A stretch of DNA of 64,000 nucleotides from Candidatus Omnitrophota bacterium (GTDB lineage: Bacteria > Omnitrophota > Gorgyraeia > Gygaellales > Profunditerraquicolaceae). The notes below the pieces were generated by a model, which made no database searches, had not been told where the DNA came from, and saw nothing but the letters and a program-made list of their open reading frames with translations. Position 1 is the first letter of the stretch. Every line of letters begins with the position of its first letter. Made by a program: the position numbers and the translations under genes. Location of the stretch: assembly GCA_963805065.1 (NCBI GenBank), contig CAWDSS010000010.1, forward strand, positions 19,696-83,695, in the 5' to 3' direction. Below, one piece after another: positions 1 through 8,957 of the stretch.

Positions 1-1988
1 TTCTCGGCATCCTTTAAATTATCAATTTCCGCGTATAATTCTCCGATCATGTCATTATCGCTTATGATGCTGGGCAGGTTCCCTTGCGCCTCATCTATCT
101 TTAAGCCCTTAAAATAACACTGCAAGGCCTTCTGGTATTCTTTTTCGTATAAATATATCTCGCCCAGATTAAAGTAGTTGTCGCTTAATTCGTTCTTTAG
201 CTTAAGCCCTTGAAAGATATTTTGGCTTTTCTTATAAAATTCTTTTGCGCTGGCAAAATCTTCTTTGTTTACGAATACCAGGCCAATATCAAAAAAATCG
301 CAAGCCAGATTATACCTGTAAGCCGGGATATTCTTTCTTTCCTGGTTTATTTGCGAGCTTTTAGTCAATAATTCCAGTGCTTTGTCGTAATCTTCTTTGT
401 CAGTAAACCAGACTGCTAATCTCCTTAATGCTATTGCCTCATTCAATTTATCCTTATTAAGCCTACTTAAAACTATTGCCTTGTTATAAAATTCCTGCGC
501 CTTCTGATATTCTCCCTGGCTGTGATATATTTTACCTATCCCGATATACGCAGAGGCAAGGCCTGCTTTCTTGTTATTTTTCTCGCAGTAAAAGGCATAC
601 TCAAAATAGCATTTCAGCGCCTCTTCAGGTTTACCCAGCCTTTGATACGTATCGGAAAGCATCATGTAAGCTTCCTGAAATGCGGGCTCCTTCTTTATAA
701 TCTCTTTACACCGTAAGACTACCTCCTGATTAGCTCCTTCCTGAAATAGATGCTGGGTTTTCGCAAATAAAAAATAGCTGTTGGGATTTAGGGTAGGTAA
801 TTTGACATAAGCAAAAACACTCAGCGAGATTATAGATACCGTTAATATAAAGGGAATTATGAGTTTTTTGAAAGTTAAGCGTGATTTTGATTCAGGTAAT
901 ACCGGTTGAATATTTTTAGTTTTGAATAATGCAAAATTTGGGTCTCCGTACAAAAGATAATTTGTCCAGGGGATAGTTTCCTGGCCGTACTGCTTGATAA
1001 GGCGCAGGCGGCTTAAGCGTATGCTTTCCCCAACAGATCTTCCGGATATAAGATGCGTATAGAATTCTGCGGAAAAAGCCAGGCTTACAGTGTCTTCAAT
1101 CTTACAAATCGCTCCTATGTAGTGCCTGACTCCCGAAAACAAGAATGCCGATGCGAGACTATAATTTTTTCTCTGGTAATCTTCATCGATTAAATCTGCG
1201 CGGGATTCGGCTGAATGGCAGGAATTGGAAAATATCAGTGACGGGAAAGCAGCAGTTGAACCCATGGCAAGGATATCCGAAGTGCTAAACTTACCGTCAT
1301 TTAGAACCCAGCCGGTATTTTCCGGAGATCCATAATCGTATTCGCAATGCCCCGCGAAATGTACTATATCATAGTCACGCAAATTCTTTTTTACATATAG
1401 CTTGTCTATAGAAGTAGATTTAAAATCGATACTGATGTATTTACGCTTCTGGTCGAACTGCTTTCTTATGGACGTACCTTCCAGGTATGCTGATTTTAAG
1501 TCATTCGTAGGATTAGCCAATATCAGCATCTTAGGAACGCCTGAAGCGCTGCGGTATTGCGGCACGCTAACTTGTTCTTTTGTCCTGATTAGGCGGCCGA
1601 GATTAAACTGGAGGCAGAGAAAATTATTCCCGTCATAAAGCAGTTCCCAGGGAATATTCACCAATTCTTCATCAAGCGAGAGTATTAAATCCGAAATTTG
1701 CGCGTGCTTTAATCTTTCCTTTATGGGCCTGGTCAACAATTGATCCCACAAAAGCTGGCCTGTTTTTTGCAGGTTTTTTATTAAGCCGGGATTTGAATCG
1801 CATCCCTTACCGGCCTTATTCAGTATATTTACAACTTCCAGGCAGAGCTTATTTATTTCAGGTTGAGAAACCTCACACTGGCTATAATGCCTTAGAGTAG
1901 ACACAAAGTCACACTTTTCAAACAGGCTCATCTTTAATGTCGAGTCCTGCTTTAATATCTCAAGCACTAAGGCATTCGAACTTTGCAT
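1..1988 (-). CDS. CHAT-domain (caspase-like) protease with one TM helix and C-terminal TPR repeats; 3' end runs off the window
   Basis: Absent from the ORF track because there is no stop in the window. Hand translation from ATG at 1988 gives MQSSNALVLEILKQD.... His/Cys dyad motifs IVHFAGHCEY and LIFSNSCHSAE. Hydrophobic segment LIIPFILTVSIISLSVFAYV. TPR-like repeats (YFNLGEIYLYEKEYQKALQCYFKGL) stay in frame down to position 3. Confidence 0.75.
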   Translation of the reverse strand, partial: MQSSNALVLEILKQDSTLKMSLFEKCDFVSTLRHYSQCEVSQPEINKLCLEVVNILNKAGKGCDSNPGLIKNLQKTGQLLWDQLLTRPIKERLKHAQISDLILSLDEELVNIPWELLYDGNNFLCLQFNLGRLIRTKEQVSVPQYRSASGVPKMLILANPTNDLKSAYLEGTSIRKQFDQKRKYISIDFKSTSIDKLYVKKNLRDYDIVHFAGHCEYDYGSPENTGWVLNDGKFSTSDILAMGSTAAFPSLIFSNSCHSAESRADLIDEDYQRKNYSLASAFLFSGVRHYIGAICKIEDTVSLAFSAEFYTHLISGRSVGESIRLSRLRLIKQYGQETIPWTNYLLYGDPNFALFKTKNIQPVLPESKSRLTFKKLIIPFILTVSIISLSVFAYVKLPTLNPNSYFLFAKTQHLFQEGANQEVVLRCKEIIKKEPAFQEAYMMLSDTYQRLGKPEEALKCYFEYAFYCEKNNKKAGLASAYIGIGKIYHSQGEYQKAQEFYNKAIVLSRLNKDKLNEAIALRRLAVWFTDKEDYDKALELLTKSSQINQERKNIPAYRYNLACDFFDIGLVFVNKEDFASAKEFYKKSQNIFQGLKLKNELSDNYFNLGEIYLYEKEYQKALQCYFKGLKIDEAQGNLPSIISDNDMIGELYAEIDNLKDAE

Positions 1989-1999
1989 CTTTTTTTACG

Positions 2000-2704
2000 T
2001 CAAGCCCTCATATCCAGTAATATCGTTGCCACTTTGTTTTCTACAGTGGATATTTCCACCGTATATTTGCCGATTGAGACATGCTCAAAAATAACCGTTC
2101 CGGAATCGGTAATATAGGATTCCAGCTCCAGCCCTTCTTTTATCAGCGCTACCCTTAAATCTTTAATGGTTTCCTGAGTTTGCTTTCGCCTGATTAGAAT
2201 ATTTAAATTAAAAACCTTGCCGCCTTTATTTTCTATCCTCGCTTCTACCCTGATATCCTTAAAATCCTTTAAGATGGTTACTTCGTCTTTGAAATCTTTT
2301 ATAGAGCGGCTGCGAAGGATCGGCGCAGGCACCAATTCCAAACCCACAAGGACATCTCCGGTTGTATTAATCATTTCCAATAACTTTTCTTTCATACTTA
2401 AAATTATTTCCAGAACGCAAGATTCATCGCTAGAGACAAGCAAGCCTTTTATCCTCTTAAGTATCTCCTCGGGTACCTCTTTCATTTCTTTGCCTTCCAA
2501 GGTGAGGTTTAATGCCAATACCTCTGCACAGGCTTCACAGCTAATAAGGTGCTCTTTTATCAAATCAGCCTCTACCTCTGTTAATTTACCTTCCATAAAA
2601 CAGGCTAAGGCCTCTTCATCCGGATGTTCGCTTGTACCATGGAAGCTCTCTGCTTTCCATCGCCTATAAACTAACTTAATCAGCTTCTCTGCTTTATCCT
2701 GCAT
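2000..2704 (-). CDS. anti-sigma factor, zf-HC2 type, no predicted TM (soluble)
   Basis: H-x3-C-x2-C motif (EHLISCEACAEVL). Lies directly downstream of the ECF sigma gene. No hydrophobic helix seen. The stop is 11 nt before the CHAT gene start. Confidence 0.7.
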   Translation of the reverse strand: MQDKAEKLIKLVYRRWKAESFHGTSEHPDEEALACFMEGKLTEVEADLIKEHLISCEACAEVLALNLTLEGKEMKEVPEEILKRIKGLLVSSDESCVLEIILSMKEKLLEMINTTGDVLVGLELVPAPILRSRSIKDFKDEVTILKDFKDIRVEARIENKGGKVFNLNILIRRKQTQETIKDLRVALIKEGLELESYITDSGTVIFEHVSIGKYTVEISTVENKVATILLDMRA

Positions 2705-2739
2705 ATTATTCCTCTCCTAATATAATAGACGAAAAACAC

Positions 2740-3345
2740 TCATGAATCTAACAGGAAACCTTTGGCTTTAAAACACTCCTTCAGCCGAAAAATTAGCCGT
2801 GATTTGCGCACGTCTACCGCCTGGCGTGAAATGTTCATTATGCGCCTGACTTCCTCAAGGCTTAAGCCCTGGTTTATATTAAGCTCTACAAAGAACTTGT
2901 CTTCATTATTTAATTTGGCAATACAGTCTTTTAAAAGTGCTAGCTTCTCTTTTTCGCTGAGCACTTCGTTGATGGAAGCAGCTCCGTCGACAAGCATTTC
3001 TTGGATGCTAGAGCCGTTATCTTGTTCTTCATCAATGGAAAGAACGTATTTTACCTTTCGCAAATGGTCAATCGTAAAATTAATTGTGACCTGGCGCAGC
3101 CAGCTGGCGAGGCTGCAGCCGTTTCTTGCCTTAAAGCTTTTTAATTTCCTGCAACCGTCATCAATTAAGGAACAGAAAATTTGCTGGAAAATATCGCTGA
3201 CTTGATCCTGTGTCAATACAGCGCCTTTAGAATTTAGGACGTTATGGATATAACTGTATATAAGGCGGGAATACCTGGTCAAGAATTCATCCTGTGCCTG
3301 TTTGTCGCCTTTGACAAACTTCTGGACAAATTCCAGGTCGTTCAT
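2740..3345 (-). CDS. ECF-type RNA polymerase sigma-70 factor
   Basis: Region 2-like (FLTRYSRLIYSYIHNVL) and region 4 HTH-like (GLSLEEVRRIMNISRQAVDVRKSRLIFRLK) segments. About 200 aa. Confidence 0.85.
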   Translation of the reverse strand: MNDLEFVQKFVKGDKQAQDEFLTRYSRLIYSYIHNVLNSKGAVLTQDQVSDIFQQIFCSLIDDGCRKLKSFKARNGCSLASWLRQVTINFTIDHLRKVKYVLSIDEEQDNGSSIQEMLVDGAASINEVLSEKEKLALLKDCIAKLNNEDKFFVELNINQGLSLEEVRRIMNISRQAVDVRKSRLIFRLKECFKAKGFLLDS

Positions 3346-3380
3346 AGTTTAATTATATAACTAAATCAAAAGAAAATAAA

Positions 3381-3395
3381 GTAGAAAAAAGTCAA
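3381..3395 (+). promoter_or_regulatory. 15-nt motif GTAGAAAAAAGTCAA, copy 1 (reads this way on the + strand)
   Basis: Exact 15-mer, also present as its reverse complement at 28119-28133 and 32452-32466. Located between the thioesterase terminator and the ECF sigma start. Confidence 0.4.
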
Positions 3396-3399
3396 AAAA

Positions 3400-3433
3400 G
3401 GGACACCCTTCCGATTGAATTCAAGGGTGTCCC
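3400..3433 (-). terminator. hairpin GGGACACCCTT...AAGGGTGTCCC followed by a T-run on the minus strand (family A repeat)
   Basis: 11-bp perfect arms at 3400-3410 and 3423-3433. The minus strand continues TTTTTTGAC. Sits immediately after the stop of the 3437-3814 gene. Confidence 0.6.
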
Positions 3434-3436
3434 TGG

Positions 3437-3814
3437 CTAAGAGAGCTTTTCTTTAACTTCCTGCGGAATGGCCTTGGGCTTAAAATTCTTATCTATACAA
3501 ACCAAAACTGTTTTTGCCAGGCAAATTGTTAATCTAGCCTGGTTTTTTATCTTATAATCAAAATTGATGCGCACGCCTGAAACATCGGCTATCCTGGTAT
3601 CGATTTCCAGGATATCTCCATAACAAGCGGGTAACTTATAATCTATTTCCTGGCGGGCAACTGCAAAAAGCGTGCCGGATTTGGCAAGATCCTTTACTGA
3701 TACTCCACGCTCTGCCAGATATTCGGTGCGGGCCTCCTCAAGGAATTTAAGGTAATTCGCATAATAGACAACCCCTCCGCAGTCGGTATGATGATAATAA
3801 ATTTTTATTTTCAT
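3437..3814 (-). CDS. acyl-CoA thioesterase, 4HBT/YbgC-like
   Basis: N-terminus YYHHTDCGGVVYYANYLKFLEEARTEYL is typical of the hotdog-fold YbgC/FadM family. About 125 aa. Confidence 0.8.
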   Translation of the reverse strand: MKIKIYYHHTDCGGVVYYANYLKFLEEARTEYLAERGVSVKDLAKSGTLFAVARQEIDYKLPACYGDILEIDTRIADVSGVRINFDYKIKNQARLTICLAKTVLVCIDKNFKPKAIPQEVKEKLS

Positions 3815-3825
3815 CTCAGGAGGGA

Positions 3826-4233
3826 TTATTTATTGAAAGCTACGAGCGCCTTTTCGTTATTGCTGGTAGAAATTATTAGTTTTGCAGGGCATCCCCCAGC
3901 GCATACGCTTCCGTAAACCTGCTTGATGTCTAAATCCTCGGCAGCCAATTTTACGCTGATTAGCTTAAGGGCGCCGGGTTTATTTTCCAGTTCTATAATT
4001 ATCACTTCGTTTTCTTTTAGCGATTTATAACCCTTCTTTTTCAATGCATCGGCAGCACGGACATTGTCTTCCGTAACCAGCATTATTTTTGCTTCATTGC
4101 CCACTGCATAACCTGCAACGCCGACAATATTAATGTCATGGTCCGCCAGCAACTTAGATATATCAGCCAGAATGCCTATATTATTTATTACTGTTACGGT
4201 TATTTCCTTGCCTAATTGAACTGACTTAATCAT
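3826..4233 (-). CDS. ACT-domain protein (tandem ACT)
   Basis: Two small ligand-binding-like repeats (ITVTVINNIGILADISKLLADHDINI and IIIELENKPGALKLISVKLAAEDLDI). Confidence 0.65.
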   Translation of the reverse strand: MIKSVQLGKEITVTVINNIGILADISKLLADHDINIVGVAGYAVGNEAKIMLVTEDNVRAADALKKKGYKSLKENEVIIIELENKPGALKLISVKLAAEDLDIKQVYGSVCAGGCPAKLIISTSNNEKALVAFNK

Positions 4234-4320
4234 CTTAACCCTCCTTAATTTTCCCGCGCTTTGCGGTTGGAAAATTAATCCCGAGCAACAAGTTATTAGT
4301 GCCTGTTGCGAGGGATGCGA

Positions 4321-5070
4321 TTAAATTGAGGAAAGAATAATTTTACTGATAAGGCAAAACTCCAGGTAATTAAAATTCACGGGCTTGACAATATAATCAT
4401 AGACTCCCAATTGCATTGCCTGCTCGGCTATGTTTGTATCAGCCATGCCGGTAATTACTATAATACCGATTCCGCTTCCTATTTCTTTTATCTTCTTTAA
4501 TGTCATAAGCCCGTCCATACCCGGCATATTGATATCCAAAAGCACTATGGCAGGATTTTCCTGTTTTATTTTTTCTAATGCCGCTTCGCCGCTATTGGCA
4601 ACGCTGGTTTTAAAGCCCTTTTTGGTCAGGAAATCATTGAGCAGCGAACAAACCTCCGGCTCATCATCAGCTATTAAAATGCGTTTTTTCTCTTCGCTGA
4701 ATTCCAGGTTTTCTTCCAGCAGCGAATTTACGATTTTTGAGATGGTAAGCACACCCCAGGATTTTCTCATAAGTCCGGTTGCGCCGTTCAGGCGTGCCTG
4801 CCTGTCTAATTCCGAATCCTCCAGTGCCGTAAGCATGATAATTTTGGTTTTGCTATCAAATTCCCTTATTCTTCTTAAAGTCTCTATTCCGTCTATTGTC
4901 TGCATCTTGATATCTAGCAATACCAGATCAAGCTTTTCTTTCTTTAATATTTCGATGCCTTCTTCCCCTCCGGGAGCGGTGATTATTTTATAGCCCCTTA
5001 GGGAAAAAAGTTCATAAAACATCTCTCTTATTTTTAATTCATCATCAACCAGCAGGATTTTCTTTTCCAT
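4321..5070 (-). CDS. response regulator with two receiver (REC) domains, no output domain
   Basis: KILLVDDE...LVLLDIKM and RILIADDE...IVLLDINMPGMDG receiver signatures. Confidence 0.85.
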   Translation of the reverse strand: MEKKILLVDDELKIREMFYELFSLRGYKIITAPGGEEGIEILKKEKLDLVLLDIKMQTIDGIETLRRIREFDSKTKIIMLTALEDSELDRQARLNGATGLMRKSWGVLTISKIVNSLLEENLEFSEEKKRILIADDEPEVCSLLNDFLTKKGFKTSVANSGEAALEKIKQENPAIVLLDINMPGMDGLMTLKKIKEIGSGIGIIVITGMADTNIAEQAMQLGVYDYIVKPVNFNYLEFCLISKIILSSI

Positions 5071-5190
5071 ACAGCTAGTTTCTCCTTATCTAAAGCCTTT
5101 CGGCCGGATACCCCCTTAGTTGTCCTATGGCCTATAAGTATTATAACAAAATATCCTGATTTTCAAATGATAAATTATTTATATATTACC

Positions 5191-6120
5191 TTAGCTTATC
5201 CATTTCCTGGAAAAATAACGCCTGGAAATAAATTCATTTTTTAGGGAAATTGTATATTTTTTTATCATCTCAGCAGGTTGATAGGAAAGCTTTGATTTTC
5301 GCAAGCCCGCAACCCCCAAATCCTGCTCAAAGTTAATGTATTTAAAACCAATGGCATTACGCATCATGAATTCCTGTGTAATTGTCTGATACAAGCCCGT
5401 AATATCAGGGTTAGCTTTTAAGATGTGCATGACCAGAGTGTCGGGGTTTAGCTTCTCTGCAACGCAAACAGCACAAATCCTGCCGCCTACTCTTATTGCT
5501 CCGCCCAGAAGATTGAACAGAGAAAAATTTTCCAGTATCTGATTAATGGCCATCCTCTCATCTCTTAAGCCTTCTGTTTCGTCGCACTTCTTCACGGCAC
5601 ACCATTCTTCTTCAAATTTAAGGCATTCTTCAATATTAGCAGGGTCCAAATTCAGGTATTCATATATATTAGCCGCCTTAAATTTTTTAATCAGGTTCCT
5701 TTTGCCGTCGTATTTTCTGCCTGTAAGCGAAATCAAATCCTGCGCCAAGTATAGATAATCAAAATTATCGCGGTCTGGCTCTATTTTAAAACGGGAGTCA
5801 TTTTCCAACAATGTGGCGGTTGACTGGGGTATCCTGATAAAGACGCAAAGCGCAACATCACGAGATATTTTTTCTATTACCGCCTTCACATCTGAACTGC
5901 CAATGGGGTAAAAAAATCGAATTAATCCGGATTTATCTGAACGTAAAATTAACGCGCTATCCAAAGAAGATATTTTCAGGTTATACGGCTCTCTCCAGGC
6001 ATAAAGATTGGTAAAGGTAAACTCGGAAATTAGCGGTGGGTTAATTCTGAATGCCTCACCAAAAAGAGGCTTATCCTCTATCGTAAGAGGACGTAATGAT
6101 GGAAAAATTGGGACATCCAA
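5191..6120 (-). CDS. DUF2156 (lysyl-PG synthase C-terminal-like) family protein
   Basis: FTFTNLYAWREPYNL motif and about 300 aa length resemble DUF2156. Recognised from memory only. Confidence 0.55.
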   Translation of the reverse strand: MDVPIFPSLRPLTIEDKPLFGEAFRINPPLISEFTFTNLYAWREPYNLKISSLDSALILRSDKSGLIRFFYPIGSSDVKAVIEKISRDVALCVFIRIPQSTATLLENDSRFKIEPDRDNFDYLYLAQDLISLTGRKYDGKRNLIKKFKAANIYEYLNLDPANIEECLKFEEEWCAVKKCDETEGLRDERMAINQILENFSLFNLLGGAIRVGGRICAVCVAEKLNPDTLVMHILKANPDITGLYQTITQEFMMRNAIGFKYINFEQDLGVAGLRKSKLSYQPAEMIKKYTISLKNEFISRRYFSRKWIS

Positions 6121-6124
6121 TGCT

Positions 6125-6310
6125 CTACTTCTCCTCTGCGTGCACTTTGACTCTTTTAAGTAAAAAATAAAGGATTGTTCCTAAAAGGGGAAGGATAATT
6201 ATTAGAACCGACCAAATGATTATTTTTTTGCTATCTCTTGTACTTCTGAATAAATCCGTAAGGCCGGCAATCGCTGCGATAATAATTGTTAACCCGATTA
6301 AGCTTTCCAA
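6125..6310 (-). CDS. small membrane protein, PLDc_N-like
   Basis: Two TM helices. IIWSVLIIILPLLGTILYFLL resembles the PLD-nuclease N-terminal membrane domain. Confidence 0.5.
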   Translation of the reverse strand: MESLIGLTIIIAAIAGLTDLFRSTRDSKKIIIWSVLIIILPLLGTILYFLLKRVKVHAEEK

Positions 6311-7255
6311 TTATTTTACTTTCTCTGATATATTATAAAGTATTCCACCTGCAATTTCTGGCTTGGGCAGAAAATATTTTCTTGCTGAAATAATAATATG
6401 GGTTTTGCCTCCGGTAGTTTTCTTCAGTTTTATAGCAACATCGGCAGAGTTAACGTTTGCGCTTATTTCAGCGGATGCCTTGTCTTCTTTAGTGACTTTG
6501 CCCATTTGTTTTAAGACTTCTAAACTTACCCCGAATACAGCATCAAGATTTGCGTTAAAATCCTGCTGGACACTATCTTTTCCGGCAAATGTCACGGCTA
6601 CTGCAACGGGTAGGACTGCAACGCCAGCCAGCATTGCAGCTCCATAAATCTTTGCACCCTGGATACCCGCAGACTTAAGCGGCTCTGACAATATTAAAGC
6701 CACCAATTGTTGAGCACTGGTAATATTTTTATAAACCCTGTGAATATTGATGTCATAGACCTGGACAGACGGCTCTTTGCCCGCACTATAATCCCGCGAA
6801 ATAAGTCTTCCGATGTCGAGCCTTAGCATATCAATGGCTAGCGGCATCTGCTTAGCTGGTTTTCCTTTTGCTCCCTCTTGTTTGGCGACTTTTAAGGAAT
6901 CAACGTTCAATTTCCCTTCCTTATTCTTTTCTAAAAGCATTTCTCTTAAAGCAAGTTCCACCTTCACAAGGTGGATTTTCTGCCGCAATATTGCCCCCAA
7001 GTCATAGGTAACATTTGCTTTTGCGATGTCAATCAGCATGCTCTTAGAAAAACCTTGCGGGTTATAAATCTTAAGCCCGGAAATTTTTACTGTTTGATTT
7101 AAAATGCCCAACGAAAAGCCGTTAATGTGCACAGGAGCTCCGGTTACATTGGAAGCTACCACTGTAATCACGGATTTGATAAGCAAGTCTTTGGCAATAC
7201 CGATTACGAATAGAGCAACAACAACCACTAAGATTATGGTTAAAATCCTTTTCAT
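6311..7255 (-). CDS. membrane-anchored hypothetical protein
   Basis: N-terminal TM (ILTIILVVVVALFVIGI) and a second hydrophobic stretch near residue 215. Shine-Dalgarno AGGAGGTG precedes the start. Function unknown. Confidence 0.5.
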   Translation of the reverse strand: MKRILTIILVVVVALFVIGIAKDLLIKSVITVVASNVTGAPVHINGFSLGILNQTVKISGLKIYNPQGFSKSMLIDIAKANVTYDLGAILRQKIHLVKVELALREMLLEKNKEGKLNVDSLKVAKQEGAKGKPAKQMPLAIDMLRLDIGRLISRDYSAGKEPSVQVYDINIHRVYKNITSAQQLVALILSEPLKSAGIQGAKIYGAAMLAGVAVLPVAVAVTFAGKDSVQQDFNANLDAVFGVSLEVLKQMGKVTKEDKASAEISANVNSADVAIKLKKTTGGKTHIIISARKYFLPKPEIAGGILYNISEKVK

Positions 7256-7269
7256 AATCTCACCTCCTG

Positions 7270-7869
7270 TTATTTATCAGGAAAAACTATGCGCTGGTTG
7301 ACGCGTAGAGTTTGAGGTTTCCCTGCTACCAATAATTCCACTGTCTCGCTATTGACCTTCTTGACTTCAATATTATTAAATTGCTCTCCTTCGGGAATCA
7401 CTGTTCCGTTAATGATAATTACACTCCTGCCTTTAGGATCAAAAGATATCCCTTCAATCTTTAATTCCTTACGACTAATTTCCTTTTGCGGCTTAATAAA
7501 AGATCTGACATTTATCAGCTCTACTTTTTGTACCTGCGCCTTTTTATTCTTATCGGCTTTACCTTGCGTAGATTTAGCGGCTTTTATTCTATTAAATAAT
7601 AATCCGGCATTAGAATATAATTCGTTAACATTAAAATTATATTTATATAAGACCGAAAATATAAGTACTGCCAGCCCCACGAACGCAAACTTTTTTATAC
7701 CCGAGGAAACTCCTGTGGATTTTTGTTCCTTTATGTTTTCTTTTCCTGCCGGTGTTTTTTTAGAGACAAATGACGGGTCTACTGTATCCGTCCTAAAATT
7801 ATAACCGCAGGAAGTACATACATCGGCTAAATCATCTACGATATTTCCGCAATTGCGGCATTGTTTCAT
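7270..7869 (-). CDS. zinc-ribbon / TM / GspB-like C-terminal domain protein
   Basis: CRNCGN...CTSCGY zinc ribbon, a central TM, and a C-terminus (LKIEGISFDPKGRSVIIINGTVIPEGEQF) resembling the T2SS GspB C-domain. Confidence 0.5.
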   Translation of the reverse strand: MKQCRNCGNIVDDLADVCTSCGYNFRTDTVDPSFVSKKTPAGKENIKEQKSTGVSSGIKKFAFVGLAVLIFSVLYKYNFNVNELYSNAGLLFNRIKAAKSTQGKADKNKKAQVQKVELINVRSFIKPQKEISRKELKIEGISFDPKGRSVIIINGTVIPEGEQFNNIEVKKVNSETVELLVAGKPQTLRVNQRIVFPDK

Positions 7870-7870
7870 T

Positions 7871-8038
7871 TTATCTTACCGCCTTTCTGTTAGTCCTGCG
7901 CAAGGCCTTAACCATACGATCATATGCGACCTGCGCAGTTTTACCCTCGGTTAGGTGGTCATAACAAACAGCAGCGTAACCCTGGCGGTTCTTAATCCTG
8001 AAAATGCTTACTTTAAGATGCCCGATTTTTGCCTGCAT
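7871..8038 (-). CDS. small hypothetical ORF (55 aa), below the track threshold
   Basis: Hand translation: MQAKIGHLKVSIFRIKNRQGYAAVCYDHLTEGKTAQVAYDRMVKALRRTNRKAVR. Its start overlaps the 3' end of the GemA-like gene. Its stop abuts the next gene start at 7869. Confidence 0.35.
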   Translation of the reverse strand: MQAKIGHLKVSIFRIKNRQGYAAVCYDHLTEGKTAQVAYDRMVKALRRTNRKAVR

Positions 8039-8402
8039 AAGAGCCTCCCATTATATTTTTGAGGGATTCAATAACTTTGACAGCTTCGATTTTACTCAAT
8101 TTGTCTATGGCAGGTTCATGATAATATTTACGGATAAAATTATCAACGTGCTGCGGCTCCCAGCCCAGTTGCCGGGCAAGATACTGGATATACAATTTCT
8201 GCCTCATAGTCAGGCCAAACTGATTAACCCGATAATATTTGCTTCGCACAAAAAAGTTCATTAGCTTCCTGAACTTTTCCTCATTTAGCTGTTTTGCGCT
8301 TTCTACACCGGCTTCTTCCTTAAGAATCCTACGGTATTCTTCTTCGCTTAAATTAAGTTCTTTTTTGATGATATGGATAAGGGCTAATTTCTTTTTATCC
8401 AT
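8013..8402 (-). CDS. GemA / phage Mu gp16-like protein (DUF1018)
   Basis: KKKLALIHIIKKELNLSEEEYRRIL...KFRKLMNFF...MRQKLYIQYLARQLGW...EAVKVIESLK matches the GemA layout. I prefer the ATG at 8402, 5 nt after the PEBP stop, over the track start at 8426. Confidence 0.6.
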   Translation of the reverse strand: MDKKKLALIHIIKKELNLSEEEYRRILKEEAGVESAKQLNEEKFRKLMNFFVRSKYYRVNQFGLTMRQKLYIQYLARQLGWEPQHVDNFIRKYYHEPAIDKLSKIEAVKVIESLKNIMGGSYAGKNRAS

Positions 8403-8406
8403 TAAG

Positions 8407-8925
8407 CTATTTTTTATACAAACCAATTAACTCTGCCTTATCTATTATATGGCCTTGCATAGCCTTTTCTAATCCCGCTTTATTTATTCCTTCGCCTAAA
8501 TTAAGTACGGTATCCAGCGCATATATTTTAAAAAAGTAACGGTGCGTGCCAAAAGGAGGACATGGACCATGGTAAGCATTTTTACCCGAACTACTACTCC
8601 CCTGCTTTCCGGGAATACTGTTTTCTTTGATTTGCGTGGTAGGGGGGATATCAAACACTACCCAATGAACCCAAGTTCCCATAGGCGCATCAGGATCATC
8701 CATTATCAAGGCCAAACTCTTTGCCTCCTTGGGATAATCCGCTATCTGTAGCGTAGGATTAATATCTTGTCCCTGGCAGGTAAATTTCTTGGGAATATAT
8801 TCATTATGTTTGAATTCAGGGCTGGTTATTTTCATATTCATCCCTCCTCCTTGAGTTTGTGCTGAAACCGCACTTACTAAACCTAAGAAGATTACAGCTA
8901 AGATTATGATTTTCTTCATCGACAC
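8407..8925 (-). CDS. YbhB/YbcL-family PEBP (Raf kinase inhibitor-like) protein with signal peptide
   Basis: DDPDAPMGTWVHWVVFDIP and YHGPCPPFGTHRYFFKIYALD are hallmark PEBP motifs. Confidence 0.85.
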   Translation of the reverse strand: MSMKKIIILAVIFLGLVSAVSAQTQGGGMNMKITSPEFKHNEYIPKKFTCQGQDINPTLQIADYPKEAKSLALIMDDPDAPMGTWVHWVVFDIPPTTQIKENSIPGKQGSSSSGKNAYHGPCPPFGTHRYFFKIYALDTVLNLGEGINKAGLEKAMQGHIIDKAELIGLYKK

Positions 8926-8948
8926 CTGCCCTTCTGGCTTTAAAGAAT

Positions 8949-8957
8949 ATTATAGCA
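8949..8957 (-). promoter_or_regulatory. extended -10 box TGCTATAAT (minus strand)
   Basis: The minus strand reads AATTTTGCTATAAT about 25 nt upstream of the PEBP start. The identical 14-mer recurs at 12319-12332. Confidence 0.45.

Noticed and set aside
476-716. Two short plus-strand ORFs (476-700, 522-716) and 1402-1638 in a region the track otherwise shows as empty.
   Set aside because: The region is fully covered by the minus-strand CHAT-TPR gene, which the track omits only because it has no stop inside the window.
2217-2669. 150-aa plus-strand ORF antisense to the anti-sigma gene. Similar long antisense ORFs occur at 2762-3205, 4430-4993, 11575-12078, 16218-16757, 35505-35948, 37803-38228, 57944-58369, 58382-58921 and 59975-60472.
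   Set aside because: Each lies wholly inside a well-supported gene on the opposite strand. Each has low-complexity Ser/Leu/Phe-rich composition typical of shadow ORFs, and none has a Shine-Dalgarno sequence.
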